Source: Nemertoderma westbladi (taxonomy: Eukaryota; Animalia; Xenacoelomorpha). From it: a DNA stretch of 64,000 nt. Made by a program: the position numbers and the translations under genes. Under the pieces are notes generated by a model. The model did not search any database. It saw only the letters and a list, made by a program, of their open reading frames with translations, and was not told the origin of the DNA. Positions 49,486 through 63,758 of the stretch are shown here, one piece after another (positions within the stretch are counted from its first letter, which is position 1; every line of letters begins with the position of its first letter). The stretch covers positions 62,001-126,000 of the forward strand of contig JAUCBJ010001846.1 of NCBI GenBank assembly GCA_032718475.1. Reading direction: 5' to 3'.

Positions 49486-50692
49486 GTTGTGCTTCTTTAG
49501 TAGCTGCTAGTAGGGCGATTCTTCCAATCACGTGGTGTGCGTAAAACAGATCGCATTGTTGATCATTGATGTTAATGGGTTGTATGGTCATCCCTGGTGA
49601 GTTGAGGTTATCTTGCGTGTTTTTTTCTTGGTGAGATCGTGAAAAAACTTTAACCAATTGATGGCCAATGTATAAAAAGGTAAGTTCAGCGGTATTTTTG
49701 TTTTCATCAATTAAGTTAGAGGCAACGCCTTCTTGAATGAAGACTTGTTCAACACTTGATTTACCTTTGCTGTAACGCATTTTTTTTCGTTGTTGGCGGT
49801 TTAAGGTGTCAAAGTCGGTCATGTCAAATATTGGCATCACGCCCATGCCGTAGCTACCACTATCTGATTTAATAAATAAAAATGGTTTTTTTTCAATGCC
49901 ATAGTCATCGTATTTTTGCTTAATTTTTTTAAATATTGCCTCAGAATCACGCCGCAAACAACCGCTGATGACGTTGTTATATAAGTTGTTGTCCTGGCAG
50001 GTTGAAAAAAAGGCACCTAGTAGCCACGAGTCAATGCCTGTTATTTCACCCAATTCTCTTGCAATGGATTGGTAGTGTGTGAAGTGCGTGCTTTTTTTTC
50101 GCTGATGCCAACCTAAATGAACAGATGGTATGGTTTGTTGGCTAGAAAGGTTGTTTAATTTTTCCCAATCGCTGCTGATTAAATCATCGTTTAATAGGAT
50201 CAGATCAGGCATGAAATTATTTGAGCTCACCATCCCTTTTATATTTTCAATCGGATGTAGTTTTAGGTTATGTTGATCAACTTTGGTGGTATCTTTAATA
50301 TTAAGTGAACCAATATTAACCGCTACACCTGTTTGTTGAATTACTTTAAAAAGTTGAGCAATATTTTTAAGGTAGTGGGTATTCCTAGGTTGATATTCAA
50401 CCATTAATAATATTTTTTGTGTGTTGGGGTAATGGGTGCTTAGGTATTGACTAAAAATTGTCGAGGCATGCGTAATATCTGTTTCACTTAAAATAGAAAA
50501 AGAAGAGGGAAAAAGGTTGGTATCAACCGCACTGATTTTAAATTCTGAATCACGAATATCAACTGAGCTATAAATAGGTACTTCTAAGTTTTGAAATTTT
50601 TTCTCAAAAAAAAGTTCTATTTTTTCTTTTTTATTTGAAATAATTTCATAGATTTTAGGCGATATTTTCGTATTATTTAAATGATAGATCAT
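49478..50692 (-). CDS. gshA: Glutamate--cysteine ligase (GshA, ATP-grasp type)
   Basis: PIYSSVDIRD...VDTNLFP, LLNDDL, GWHQRKKS and KSDSGSYGMGV motifs; likely start MIYHL. Confidence 0.9.
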   Translation of the reverse strand: MIYHLNNTKISPKIYEIISNKKEKIELFFEKKFQNLEVPIYSSVDIRDSEFKISAVDTNLFPSSFSILSETDITHASTIFSQYLSTHYPNTQKILLMVEYQPRNTHYLKNIAQLFKVIQQTGVAVNIGSLNIKDTTKVDQHNLKLHPIENIKGMVSSNNFMPDLILLNDDLISSDWEKLNNLSSQQTIPSVHLGWHQRKKSTHFTHYQSIARELGEITGIDSWLLGAFFSTCQDNNLYNNVISGCLRRDSEAIFKKIKQKYDDYGIEKKPFLFIKSDSGSYGMGVMPIFDMTDFDTLNRQQRKKMRYSKGKSSVEQVFIQEGVASNLIDENKNTAELTFLYIGHQLVKVFSRSHQEKNTQDNLNSPGMTIQPININDQQCDLFYAHHVIGRIALLAATKEAQHV

Positions 50693-50706
50693 AAGGTAAA
50701 AAAAGA

Positions 50707-52032
50707 ATGCAAGACCAACTACCAAAAGTGTGGACTGAATGTGTGGATAGTCTAAAACAAATTGTATCTGAAACAAAGATCAATTTATGGATACATTCTT
50801 TGCAAGCAGAGTTGGCGGATAATTGCCTAACTTTATTGGCACCTAACCAAATTTATCACGACCATGTCCAAAAACATTTTTTAGAATTAATTAAGGAGCT
50901 GGTGAGTGCTATTTCTAAAAATACAATCACCATTAAATTGCAAATTAAAACAAACGACTTAAAACTTAAACCAGACAATACTTCGCATAAACAACTTATT
51001 AAAGCTAAAAAAAGCCCATTTAAAAAAGAGTATACATTTAAAAATTTAGTGATTGGCAATGCCAATCAATTGGCGATTGAAATTGCTATCAAAATCGCCA
51101 ACACCCCCCTTAATTTAGAATATAACCCCTTTTTCATTTATGGGTCATCAGGCTTGGGTAAAACTCATTTAATGCACGCCATCGCCAACACTATTTTAGA
51201 AAAATTTAAAGATATTAAAATTGCTTACATTGAAAGCCAAAACTTTGTTAAAAGTTTTATTAGCGCCCTTAAAAATAAAAAAATCGACCAATTCAGCGAA
51301 TATTACCAATCGCTAGATGTTTTACTGATTGATGATATTCATTTTTTTGCCCATAAAGGGGGCTCTCAACAAGAATTGTTTTATACCTTCAACTCTCTGT
51401 TTAATGCAAAAAGCCAAATTATTTTAAGTGCTGATCAATTCCCTAGAGAAATTAACGGGTTGGAAGACCGTCTAAAAACACGATTCGGTGCAGGCCTTAC
51501 AGTTTCTATCAAACCCCCTGAGTTAGAGATGAGAATGACCATTCTCAAAGAAAAAGCTAAACAAAAAAAGATTAAAATTAGTGACGATGCCACTTTATTG
51601 ATTGCAAAAAATGTGCAATCCAGTATTCGTGATCTAGAAGGTATTATTAATAGACTGCAAGCCTATCAAAAAATTAAAAAAGAACTGATTGATATCAACT
51701 ATGTTAAAAAAACAATCGGTGATTTGCTCTCTACCTACACAAACCTTGTAACCATTGAAAAAATACAACAAGTAGTATGCCAATATTTTCAACTATCGCT
51801 TAAAGAAATTTTATCCAGCAGCCGTTCAAAAAAAATTGTTAGAACCCGACAAATCGCCATGTTTTTATGCCGAGAACTCACCAATAAAAGCCTACCTGAA
51901 ATTAGCGTAAGTTTTGGAAAAAAAGATCATACCACCGTGTTATATGCCTGTCGAAAAATTGAAACTATTAAAAATAACAACCAAGAATTTATTCTTGATC
52001 ACATCACAAAAATTAAACAAATACTGTCTTAA
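50707..52032 (+). CDS. dnaA: Chromosomal replication initiator DnaA
   Basis: YNPFFIYGSSGLGKTHL, LLIDDIHF, RQIAMFL and KDHTTVLYA motifs. Confidence 0.99.
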   Translation: MQDQLPKVWTECVDSLKQIVSETKINLWIHSLQAELADNCLTLLAPNQIYHDHVQKHFLELIKELVSAISKNTITIKLQIKTNDLKLKPDNTSHKQLIKAKKSPFKKEYTFKNLVIGNANQLAIEIAIKIANTPLNLEYNPFFIYGSSGLGKTHLMHAIANTILEKFKDIKIAYIESQNFVKSFISALKNKKIDQFSEYYQSLDVLLIDDIHFFAHKGGSQQELFYTFNSLFNAKSQIILSADQFPREINGLEDRLKTRFGAGLTVSIKPPELEMRMTILKEKAKQKKIKISDDATLLIAKNVQSSIRDLEGIINRLQAYQKIKKELIDINYVKKTIGDLLSTYTNLVTIEKIQQVVCQYFQLSLKEILSSSRSKKIVRTRQIAMFLCRELTNKSLPEISVSFGKKDHTTVLYACRKIETIKNNNQEFILDHITKIKQILS

Positions 52033-52184
52033 AAAGTTGTGAATAAAAACTGTATATCTACAAAAAATTTGTTTTTAACAAACTATTCACAGTATTTAAT
52101 TTTTACTTTTCCTTAGTAACTACTATTAATTTTTTGTTTTTTATATAATCATATTCATACTTTTACTACTAAACTTTAATATAT
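52033..52184. promoter_or_regulatory. Candidate oriC (dnaA-dnaN intergenic region)
   Basis: Perfect DnaA box TGTGAATAA at 52038-52046; 1-mismatch boxes at 52072-52080 and 52083-52091; then a very AT-rich tract with TACTACTATT (DnaA-trio-like). Confidence 0.65.
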
Positions 52185-53294
52185 ATGAATATCAGTATTA
52201 ATAAAGAAAGTGTTTTACAAGCATTACAAAAAGTTGTTGGTGCATATGAAAAAAACCATTCACATCCTTCTTTGGCGAATGTTCTTATCAATATCTCAAA
52301 AAATCAACTAAAATTTATTTGCACAAACCTAGAAATTGAAATTACCACACTCACTCAATTAACCAATCTGTCTGAAAATGCTGATTTTAGTGTCTCAGTT
52401 AGCAAATTTTATGATATCTTCCGCCTACTGCCCGATGAGGAAATTTTTTTAAACTACGAAAAAGAGAAAGACCTTTTAATTATTCAAGGAAAACATTCCA
52501 AATTTTCATTAAAAACACTATCCACCAACTTATTTCCAGCCTTTGAGTCAGCCGAAAAACAACATGCTTTAACCATTAAAAGTGCTGACCTTATAGTGCT
52601 TATTAAACAAACCTCTATTTGCATTGCAAATAAAGATTTTAGGGTATTTTTAAATGGTTTATTGTTTCACGTGAAACCTGATGAATTAATCTGCGTCTCA
52701 AGCGACTCCCATCGCCTAGGGCTTGCTAAAAAATCGGTCGAAGCTGACTTTGAGAAAAAAGTCATCATCCCTAGACGATCCATTATTGAGATATTAAAAA
52801 TTATTCAACTTGAAGAAAGCGAGGTCATCTCCATTAACTTCTTTTCCTTATTTTTAGAAATACAACTTCAAGATACCCTACTTAAAACCAAATTAATCGT
52901 AGGTGAATTTCCTGATTACAAAAACCTAATACCCTTAGATCATCAAATTCAACTTATTGCCAACAAAACAGAACTTCAGCAAGCTGTCAAAACAATAGCT
53001 GTCGTTCTTGAAGACAAAAAAAACACCCTTATTTTAGAAATTTATGAAAATATTCTAATTATCAAAAACCATCAACTATCCAGCGATGAAGAAAAATCAG
53101 AAATACGAATAACCTTAGAACAAAACTACCCTAATTTTAAAATTGCTTTTAATGCACGATATTTACTAGAAATTCTTAGGGAAATAACAGGCGAGAAAAT
53201 CAAATTTAACTTTACCAAACCCACTGAAAGTTGCTTAATTTACCCAAGTGACGATAGTTTTTATCAATACGTTGTCATGCCCATGAATATTTAA
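52185..53294 (+). CDS. dnaN: DNA polymerase III beta clamp
   Basis: TNLEIEI, SSDSHRL, GEFPDY and YVVMPM motifs; position after dnaA. Confidence 0.97.
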   Translation: MNISINKESVLQALQKVVGAYEKNHSHPSLANVLINISKNQLKFICTNLEIEITTLTQLTNLSENADFSVSVSKFYDIFRLLPDEEIFLNYEKEKDLLIIQGKHSKFSLKTLSTNLFPAFESAEKQHALTIKSADLIVLIKQTSICIANKDFRVFLNGLLFHVKPDELICVSSDSHRLGLAKKSVEADFEKKVIIPRRSIIEILKIIQLEESEVISINFFSLFLEIQLQDTLLKTKLIVGEFPDYKNLIPLDHQIQLIANKTELQQAVKTIAVVLEDKKNTLILEIYENILIIKNHQLSSDEEKSEIRITLEQNYPNFKIAFNARYLLEILREITGEKIKFNFTKPTESCLIYPSDDSFYQYVVMPMNI

Positions 53295-56743
<3,449 letters not shown>

Positions 56744-56761
56744 AAACAAAAGGAGTCAAAA

Positions 56762-56971
56762 ATGGCCAGAGTCACCATTGAAAAAGCATTAGAAAACATC
56801 CCCAATCACTTTCAGCTAGTTAAAACAGCTATCAAGCGCGTTGAGCAACTTGAAGAAGGTGGGCCTCCCTTGGTTGAAAAACGATCTGAAACAGAAAATA
56901 ACATGATAATTGCGCTTCGTGAAATTGAAGAAAAGAAAATTAATGTCAATATTCTTGAAGAAACCATCTAA
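56762..56971 (+). CDS. rpoZ: RNA polymerase omega subunit
   Basis: MARVTIE...NHFQLV...IALREIE; SD AGGAG. Confidence 0.93.
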   Translation: MARVTIEKALENIPNHFQLVKTAIKRVEQLEEGGPPLVEKRSETENNMIIALREIEEKKINVNILEETI

Positions 56972-56979
56972 TCAACATT

Positions 56980-57513
56980 GTGGTAAAACTAAGCACACCA
57001 ACGACTAATCAAAATTTACAAGCGTCCGATTTTAACCTACCCGACCCCAACAACCAACAATGGTCACTTAAAGACTGTCAGGGCACAAAAGGCTTACTGG
57101 TCATGTTTATCTGCAATCATTGCCCCTATGTTCAGTCAATACTCAAAGCCATCAAAGAAGACACCGATAAACTATTAACACATCAAATTAAATCCGTTGC
57201 CATTATGTCAAACGACATTAACCAATACCCAGAAGACGCCCCCCAAAACATGCAACATTTATCCGAACAGCAACAATTTAAATTCCCCTACCTATATGAT
57301 CAGACCCAATCAGTTGCCAAACAATACGGGGCCGTTTGCACACCCGATTTTTTCGGGTTTGATCAACACCTTAAACTATGTTATCGAGGCCGGTTGCGAT
57401 CAGAAAATAACACCCCTGAACTACGATCATTTATGATAAAACTTGCTAATAATCAAAACATTGATCACCTGACCCAACAGCCCAGTATAGGCTGCTCAAT
57501 TAAATGGAAGTAA
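56980..57513 (+). CDS. Thioredoxin-fold (AhpC/TSA-like) protein
   Basis: FICNHCPYV, AVCTPDFF, YRGRL and PSIGCSIKWK motifs. Confidence 0.9.
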   Translation: MVKLSTPTTNQNLQASDFNLPDPNNQQWSLKDCQGTKGLLVMFICNHCPYVQSILKAIKEDTDKLLTHQIKSVAIMSNDINQYPEDAPQNMQHLSEQQQFKFPYLYDQTQSVAKQYGAVCTPDFFGFDQHLKLCYRGRLRSENNTPELRSFMIKLANNQNIDHLTQQPSIGCSIKWK

Positions 57514-59522
57514 AAAAAAATCAACACACCCTAGCCGATGTCATCCGTGTGTTAAGTGCCCAAGCCATTGATCAAGCAAACTCTGGCCACCCTGGCATGC
57601 CCATGGGCATGGCCGATATCGCCCAAGTGCTGTGGACAAAATACCTAACCCATGACCCAGCACACCCCAACTGGCCTAACCGTGATCGCTTTATCCTATC
57701 AAATGGTCATGGCTCTATGCTGTTATATGCCCTACTTCATCTGACAGGCTATGACCTACCCATGGAGCAAATTAAACAATTCAGGCAACTTCATTCCCAA
57801 ACACCCGGTCACCCAGAAACCCATGAAACCATAGGTGTTGAAACCACCACTGGCCCCTTGGGTCAAGGATTTGCCAATGCGGTGGGCATGGCCATATCAG
57901 CCCAGCTTTTGGCTGCCCAATTCAATACCCCGACCCATACCTTAATTGATTATTACACCTACGTATTTGTAGGCGATGGTTGTTTAATGGAGGGCATCTC
58001 ACATGAATCTGCCTCTCTTGCAGGTCACCTAGGTTTAAAAAAACTAATTGTTTTTTATGATGATAACCAAATCACCATTGACGGACACACCAACCAAACC
58101 TTTAGTGAAAATACCGCCAACCGTTTTTTAGCCTACAACTGGCATGTTATTCAGGTTGCTGGGCACCACCAACAGCACATTGCGTACGCCATTGACAAGG
58201 CCAAAGAACAAACCAAGCCCACTTTGGTTATTTGTAAAACCATCATCGGTTTTGGCTCACCCAACAAGCAAGGCCAAGCCAGTGTTCATGGTGCTCCACT
58301 GGGATCGAAAGAAACACAAGCTTTTTGTGAGCAAATTAGCTGGCCATACCCCCCGTTTGAAATTCCCGAATCTATTTATAAACAATGTGATGCGAGACCT
58401 AAAGGCAAAAAACACCACGACAAGTGGCAATCAGTTTGGGTTGACTATCAATCAAAACACCCTAAAAGGGCTGATGAATTTAAGCGCCGAAAAAACAAGC
58501 AATTACCTGATCAACTTGTTAGCAAGCTAAGTCAATGGACAGATAAAAAAATGGGTGAAATAAACACACCTTTGGCCACCCGACAAACCTCTCAAAAAAT
58601 ACATGCTTTTTTGGCAGTACATCTACCTGAACTTGTAGGCGGCTCAGCTGATCTTGCGGGATCAAACCTGACAACCAACGAATCCAGTCGCTTTATTGAA
58701 TCAAATAACTGGACAGGTAATAGTATTTACTTTGGTGTGCGAGAATTTGGAATGTCTGCCATTGCAAGTGGCCTAGCGCTATCAGGTTTTTTTAGACCCT
58801 ATGTTGCCACATTTTTGGTCTTTTCAGACTATGCCAGAAGTGCCATTCGCATGAGTGCTTTGATGAAGCTCAACACCATTTACATCATGACACACGATTC
58901 GATTGGTTTAGGGGAAGATGGCCCTACTCATCAACCAGTTGAGCATTTAAACAGCTTGCGTTTGATCCCTAACTTGTATGTATGGCGGCCGTGTGATTTT
59001 AAGGAAAATGCTGTTGCATGGCGTTTTGCTATTCAATCAACAAAGTCCCCCACACTACTTGCACTATCTCGACAAAAACTGCCCCAACTTAGCACAACAA
59101 TTGACGCCTCACATATTGAAAAAGGGGGTTATATACTGGCCAATTATGGAACTGATATTCAGGTCATGTTAATTGCCACAGGTTCAGAGGTCGAAATTGC
59201 CCATCAGGCCTTTGAAATACTTAAAAAACAAGGTATTAGCACACAGCTTGTTTCTATGCCATGTTGTGAGGTGTTTGATCAGCAACCTAAAGATTATCAG
59301 GCTCAAATTATTCCTCAAAGCGCACCGTGTAAAATTGCGATAGAAGCAGGCAATAAGGATCGTTGGTACAAGTATGTGGGTATAGAGGGCGAGGTGATTG
59401 GCTTAGATAGTTTTGGGGCATCAGGTAAGGCAAAAGATTTATATAAGCACTTTAAAATAACAACAGAACATGTGGTGTCAGTGTGTACAAAAAAACTTAA
59501 AATTAGTAGTCTAAACGACTAA
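57504..59522 (+). CDS. tkt: Transketolase
   Basis: SGHPGMP, GDGCLMEG and THDSIGLGEDGPTHQP motifs. Confidence 0.98.
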   Translation: MEVKKNQHTLADVIRVLSAQAIDQANSGHPGMPMGMADIAQVLWTKYLTHDPAHPNWPNRDRFILSNGHGSMLLYALLHLTGYDLPMEQIKQFRQLHSQTPGHPETHETIGVETTTGPLGQGFANAVGMAISAQLLAAQFNTPTHTLIDYYTYVFVGDGCLMEGISHESASLAGHLGLKKLIVFYDDNQITIDGHTNQTFSENTANRFLAYNWHVIQVAGHHQQHIAYAIDKAKEQTKPTLVICKTIIGFGSPNKQGQASVHGAPLGSKETQAFCEQISWPYPPFEIPESIYKQCDARPKGKKHHDKWQSVWVDYQSKHPKRADEFKRRKNKQLPDQLVSKLSQWTDKKMGEINTPLATRQTSQKIHAFLAVHLPELVGGSADLAGSNLTTNESSRFIESNNWTGNSIYFGVREFGMSAIASGLALSGFFRPYVATFLVFSDYARSAIRMSALMKLNTIYIMTHDSIGLGEDGPTHQPVEHLNSLRLIPNLYVWRPCDFKENAVAWRFAIQSTKSPTLLALSRQKLPQLSTTIDASHIEKGGYILANYGTDIQVMLIATGSEVEIAHQAFEILKKQGISTQLVSMPCCEVFDQQPKDYQAQIIPQSAPCKIAIEAGNKDRWYKYVGIEGEVIGLDSFGASGKAKDLYKHFKITTEHVVSVCTKKLKISSLND

Positions 59523-59715
59523 ACTAATAGGATTATTTATCAATATATTAATCTTAGAAAAATTAGACTTAAAGATTGTGGTTGTTTTGTTATTTAAATT
59601 AAATGATCAAAAAGATATAAGCTCAACTCGCATAACAAAAATGTTATTGGACAACTTAAGGAATATCACAATACCTAACAATCCCCTTCAGTTAACTTAA
59701 ATAATCAACAACGTC

Positions 59716-60723
59716 ATGGATCAAAAAACACGAATTGCAATCAATGGTTATGGTAGAATTGGTCGTGCAATACTTCGTGCTTTTTTTGAGCAAGGCTATC
59801 ATCAGTCAATGGATTTGATTGCTTTTAATAATCGAGGCGCAATACATACCCATGCGCATTTAACCGAATATGACAGTGTTCATGGTCGGTTTAATCATTC
59901 AGTTGACTGTGATGACCAACATTTATATATTGATCAATACCCTATCAAGCACCTACAACAAGTTGAGCCTGAAAAGCTCCCTTGGGCAGAACTTGAAATT
60001 GATGTAGTGTTAGAATGCACAGGCAAATTTACCTCAAAAAAGGGTTGTCAAAAACATTTAAAAGCCGGCGCTAAAAAAGTGCTCATTTCAGCCCCCGCTA
60101 AAGGTGATGTAGATAAAACAATTGTTTATGGGGTGAATCACCACCAACTTTTAGATGAGCATATGGTGGTATCTAATGCCTCTTGCACCACTAATTGTTT
60201 AGCACCACTGCTTTTTCCACTTTCTAAAACCATTGGCATTGAATCAGGATTGATGACCACCATTCATGCCTACACCAACGATCAAACATTGTTAGATGCT
60301 AGGCACAGCGACCTTCGGCGCGCTCGCGCAGCTAACTGTTCCATCATTCCCACCAAAACAGGGGCAGCAGCTACCATTGGTTTGATTATTCCTGAACTAA
60401 AAGGCAAGCTTGATGGTTTTGCCCTACGTGTACCCACCCCAAATGTGTCGATGGTGGATGTAACCTTTGTGCCTGAAAAAACAGCCTCGCTTGAACACAT
60501 TCATCAAATACTTCAAGCGGCGGCTGAAAATGAGATGAAACATGTTTTGAAATATACCGAGCAACCCCTAGTTTCAATTGACTACAACCACGCCCCTTAC
60601 TCATGTGTTTTTGATGCAACCCTATCAAGGCAAGTGGGCAAAAGCTTTAAACTGTGTGGTTGGTATGACAATGAATGGGCCTTTTCACTACGAATGTTAG
60701 ATGTTGCAAAATTAATGAAATAA
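59716..60723 (+). CDS. gap: Type I glyceraldehyde-3-phosphate dehydrogenase
   Basis: INGYGRIGR, SNASCTTNCLAP and WYDNEW motifs. Confidence 0.96.
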   Translation: MDQKTRIAINGYGRIGRAILRAFFEQGYHQSMDLIAFNNRGAIHTHAHLTEYDSVHGRFNHSVDCDDQHLYIDQYPIKHLQQVEPEKLPWAELEIDVVLECTGKFTSKKGCQKHLKAGAKKVLISAPAKGDVDKTIVYGVNHHQLLDEHMVVSNASCTTNCLAPLLFPLSKTIGIESGLMTTIHAYTNDQTLLDARHSDLRRARAANCSIIPTKTGAAATIGLIIPELKGKLDGFALRVPTPNVSMVDVTFVPEKTASLEHIHQILQAAAENEMKHVLKYTEQPLVSIDYNHAPYSCVFDATLSRQVGKSFKLCGWYDNEWAFSLRMLDVAKLMK

Positions 60724-60725
60724 AC

Positions 60726-61904
60726 ATGCTGCTTCAAACCATCCAAGACATTGATATTACCAGCCAACGCCTCATTATTCGCCAAGACTTCAACGTGCCA
60801 ATCAAGGATGGATGCATTCAAAGCCATGAGCGCATCAAAAGAAGCCTACCAACCATTAAATACGCTATGGTGCAAGGAAGCGGGGTTGTTTTGTTTTCCC
60901 ATTTAGGCAACCCGCAAAAAGAGCCAACAAAAAAATCACAATACAGCTTGCAAGTTGTTGCAGACGCACTAAGCAGTCAACTAAAAATGCCCGTTAAATT
61001 GATCCAAAATATAGCAGATGCTAAATTTACACCCAAAACCGTTCAATTACTTGAAAATACAAGATTTTTTAAAGGCGAAACCACAAACAGTATAGCACTT
61101 GCCAAACAATGGGCTAAACATTGCGACATATTTGTGATGGATGCCTTTGGCGCGGCGCATCGAGAACATGCTTCAACTGCGGGCATGGGTCAATATGCCA
61201 AAAAAGTGTGTGCAGGATTGTTACTTGAAGCAGAAATTCAAGCCATTGATTCAGTGATGCAATCGCCCAAACGGCCGCTTTTAGCCATTGTGGGGGGGGC
61301 TAAAATATCAACAAAAATTCATGTGCTCAAACATTTAGCCGACATTGCTGATCACATCATCATCGGTGGGGCGATGGCCAACACTTGCCTAGCGGCTCAA
61401 GGCATTGGTGTGGGTCAGTCGTTATATGAGCCCACACTCATTGAAAAAGTTCGATTACTTTTGGATCAAGCCAAGAGCGCTTGCCAGATTTATTTACCAG
61501 CGGACGTTAAAGTAGCCAAACAGATCACCGACACGACCAGTCGCATTTGCTCAATTGATGAACTTAAAAGTGATGAATCAATTTTTGATATTGGGTCAGA
61601 AACACTTGCCCATTATCAAAGGGTGATTGAATCATCACAAACCATTGTATGGAACGGTCCATTGGGCGCATTTGAATATGATGAATTTTGTGTAGGCACT
61701 TACAGAATAGCCAAATCAGTGGCTGATTGTGGTGCCCATACTGTGGTGGGTGGCGGGGATACCATCCATGCCTTAGAGTGTGTTGAGAAGTTGGGGCAAA
61801 TTAATTTTGTTTCAACAGGTGGCAGCGCATTTTTAGACTACTTATCTGGCAGAACCCTACCAGGGATCAAAAATTTAATGAAAAATCGGGAGCAATTATG
61901 TTGA
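60726..61904 (+). CDS. pgk: Phosphoglycerate kinase
   Basis: [26 protein letters not shown] and STGG motifs. Confidence 0.97.
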   Translation: MLLQTIQDIDITSQRLIIRQDFNVPIKDGCIQSHERIKRSLPTIKYAMVQGSGVVLFSHLGNPQKEPTKKSQYSLQVVADALSSQLKMPVKLIQNIADAKFTPKTVQLLENTRFFKGETTNSIALAKQWAKHCDIFVMDAFGAAHREHASTAGMGQYAKKVCAGLLLEAEIQAIDSVMQSPKRPLLAIVGGAKISTKIHVLKHLADIADHIIIGGAMANTCLAAQGIGVGQSLYEPTLIEKVRLLLDQAKSACQIYLPADVKVAKQITDTTSRICSIDELKSDESIFDIGSETLAHYQRVIESSQTIVWNGPLGAFEYDEFCVGTYRIAKSVADCGAHTVVGGGDTIHALECVEKLGQINFVSTGGSAFLDYLSGRTLPGIKNLMKNREQLC

Positions 61905-62929
61905 TATCAATGCGACAATTACTAGACCACGGGGCTGAAAATAACTACGGTGTGCCAGCCTTTAATGTGAACAATTTAGAACAAATTCAAGCCATTATGG
62001 AGGCGGCTGATCAAACAAATAGCCCCATTATACTGCAAAGTTCAGCAGGGGCTCGAAAATACGCCGGGGCTGAATTTGTTCGTCACTTGCTTTTAGGCGC
62101 ACTTGAAAAATGGCCACATATTCCGTTGGTTATGCACCAAGACCATGGGGCCTCCCCTGCGGTTTGTGTGCGTTCTATTCAGCTGGGTTTTTCATCTGTC
62201 ATGATGGATGGCTCCTTGCATGAAGATATGAAAACCCCCGCTGATTTTGACTACAATGTTCTAGTTACATCCCAAGTGGTTCAAATGGCGCATGCCTGCG
62301 GCGTTTCAGTCGAAGGCGAACTAGGCTGCTTAGGCTCCCTTGAAACAGGCCTTGCAGGCGAAGAAGATGGCTCAGGCGCCCAAGGGAAATTAAACAAAGC
62401 ACAACTGTTAACCGACCCACGAGAGGCCGCTGATTTTGTTAAGCAAACAAAAGTAGATGCCCTGGCCATTGCCATTGGCACCAGCCACGGGGCCTATAAA
62501 TTTAGTCAACCCCCTACAAAGGAGGTGTTATCGATTGAGCGTATTAAAGAAATTCACGTGCGAATCCCCAACACCCATTTGGTGATGCATGGCTCATCAT
62601 CGGTGCCACAGGACTGGCTAAAAACCATTAATGAACATGGCGGGCAAATGGGCAAAACCTACGGCGTGCCAATTGCTGAGATTCAAGAAGGTATCAAACA
62701 TGGGGTTCGCAAGGTCAATATTGACACCGACCTTCGCATGGCCTCCACCGGTGCGATTCGTCAATTTCTTAACGAACACCCCTCTGAATTTGACCCTAGA
62801 AAATATTTAATTGAGGCTAAAAAGGCCATGAAAACGATCTGTGTTGAGCGTTTTGAAGCCTTTGGTACAGCTGGCTGGGCGTCTAAAATTAAACCCCTCA
62901 GTTTAGGGGCGATGGTGGCAAGGTATTAA
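61898..62929 (+). CDS. fba: Class II fructose-bisphosphate aldolase
   Basis: [20 protein letters not shown] and LVMHGSS motifs. Confidence 0.97.
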   Translation: MLISMRQLLDHGAENNYGVPAFNVNNLEQIQAIMEAADQTNSPIILQSSAGARKYAGAEFVRHLLLGALEKWPHIPLVMHQDHGASPAVCVRSIQLGFSSVMMDGSLHEDMKTPADFDYNVLVTSQVVQMAHACGVSVEGELGCLGSLETGLAGEEDGSGAQGKLNKAQLLTDPREAADFVKQTKVDALAIAIGTSHGAYKFSQPPTKEVLSIERIKEIHVRIPNTHLVMHGSSSVPQDWLKTINEHGGQMGKTYGVPIAEIQEGIKHGVRKVNIDTDLRMASTGAIRQFLNEHPSEFDPRKYLIEAKKAMKTICVERFEAFGTAGWASKIKPLSLGAMVARY

Positions 62930-63025
62930 TGATGAGTGCAAAATACTGCTTTCTAAGGTAGCTGCTATCCTTTACTCAGCAAACGAACATTTAGGCTTTT
63001 CAAATAAAGATTTTCGTTTGAATTA

Positions 63026-63051
63026 GCGTAAGGGCTCTGAATCCCTTACGC
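63026..63051. other. 9-bp perfect hairpin downstream of fba
   Basis: GCGTAAGGG-ctctgaat-CCCTTACGC, with no U-tract. Confidence 0.55.
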
Positions 63052-63285
63052 CCTCATCGTGTTTCATTATTGTGTAGATTGGGGCTGTTTTTAAATCTTA
63101 TCTGGCGATTAAATATAATTTGTGAACCACCTAAGTTTTGAAGATAAACTAAGGTTAAAATTTATATCTATCCATACGAAATAGTGATACAGTCCGAGCA
63201 CCGCAGCAAATCTATTTTTCTTAATTTGGTGTTAGGTGTACAAAAAGAAATTTTCGAGTCCTTGATGGCACAGCGATAGGAGAAA

Positions 63286-63758
63286 ATGATGAAAAAATTA
63301 ATTATAGTTGTTATTTCTTTCGGTCTTCTAGTTGGGTGTGCAGGCAGCGCAAGCCATAAAGTGGTAAGTTCACATCGAGCAGGAGATAGTAAACGTGCCC
63401 ACAAATTGATGTTGAGATTATAAAAGCACAAGCCGTTATAGACGGGGTCAACCGAAATAAGCAGGATGTTAGTGGGGCAGATGTAGTTGATGGAATATTA
63501 TGGTTCCTGTTTAATATGATCGCAAAATCGGGCAATTATACTGATGCTATTGATGCGGCAGATCGTCGCATTGGCGTTCTTCAATCATTGCGAAAGGATC
63601 AAAACTGCGAGGTTGTCTCAACAAAAAAACAAAACGCGGCGGCTTTAAAATTAAGCGAGGAACTCACAAAGTTGAACGACCTATATAAAACGGATGCGTT
63701 GACAAAAGAAGAGTGTAAGGTAGCGAAGCAAAAAGTTTTAAACAGTGTTAGCTATTAA
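63286..63758 (+). pseudogene. Lipoprotein with a C-terminal SHOCT-like domain, frameshifted near 63393
   Basis: SD AGGAG; MMKKLIIVVISFGLLVGC lipobox; continues in another frame into ORF 63516-63758 (EELTKLNDLYKTDALTKEECKVAKQKVL). Confidence 0.72.

Noticed and set aside
59629-59655. GCATAACAAAAATGTTATTGGAC between tkt and gap as an attC arm or operator
   Set aside because: Only a 6-bp inverted repeat in AT-rich DNA, with no partner arm or cassette gene
63026-63140. Hairpin plus GTGAACCACC as an IS200/IS605 end or REP
   Set aside because: Single copy, no transposase remnant
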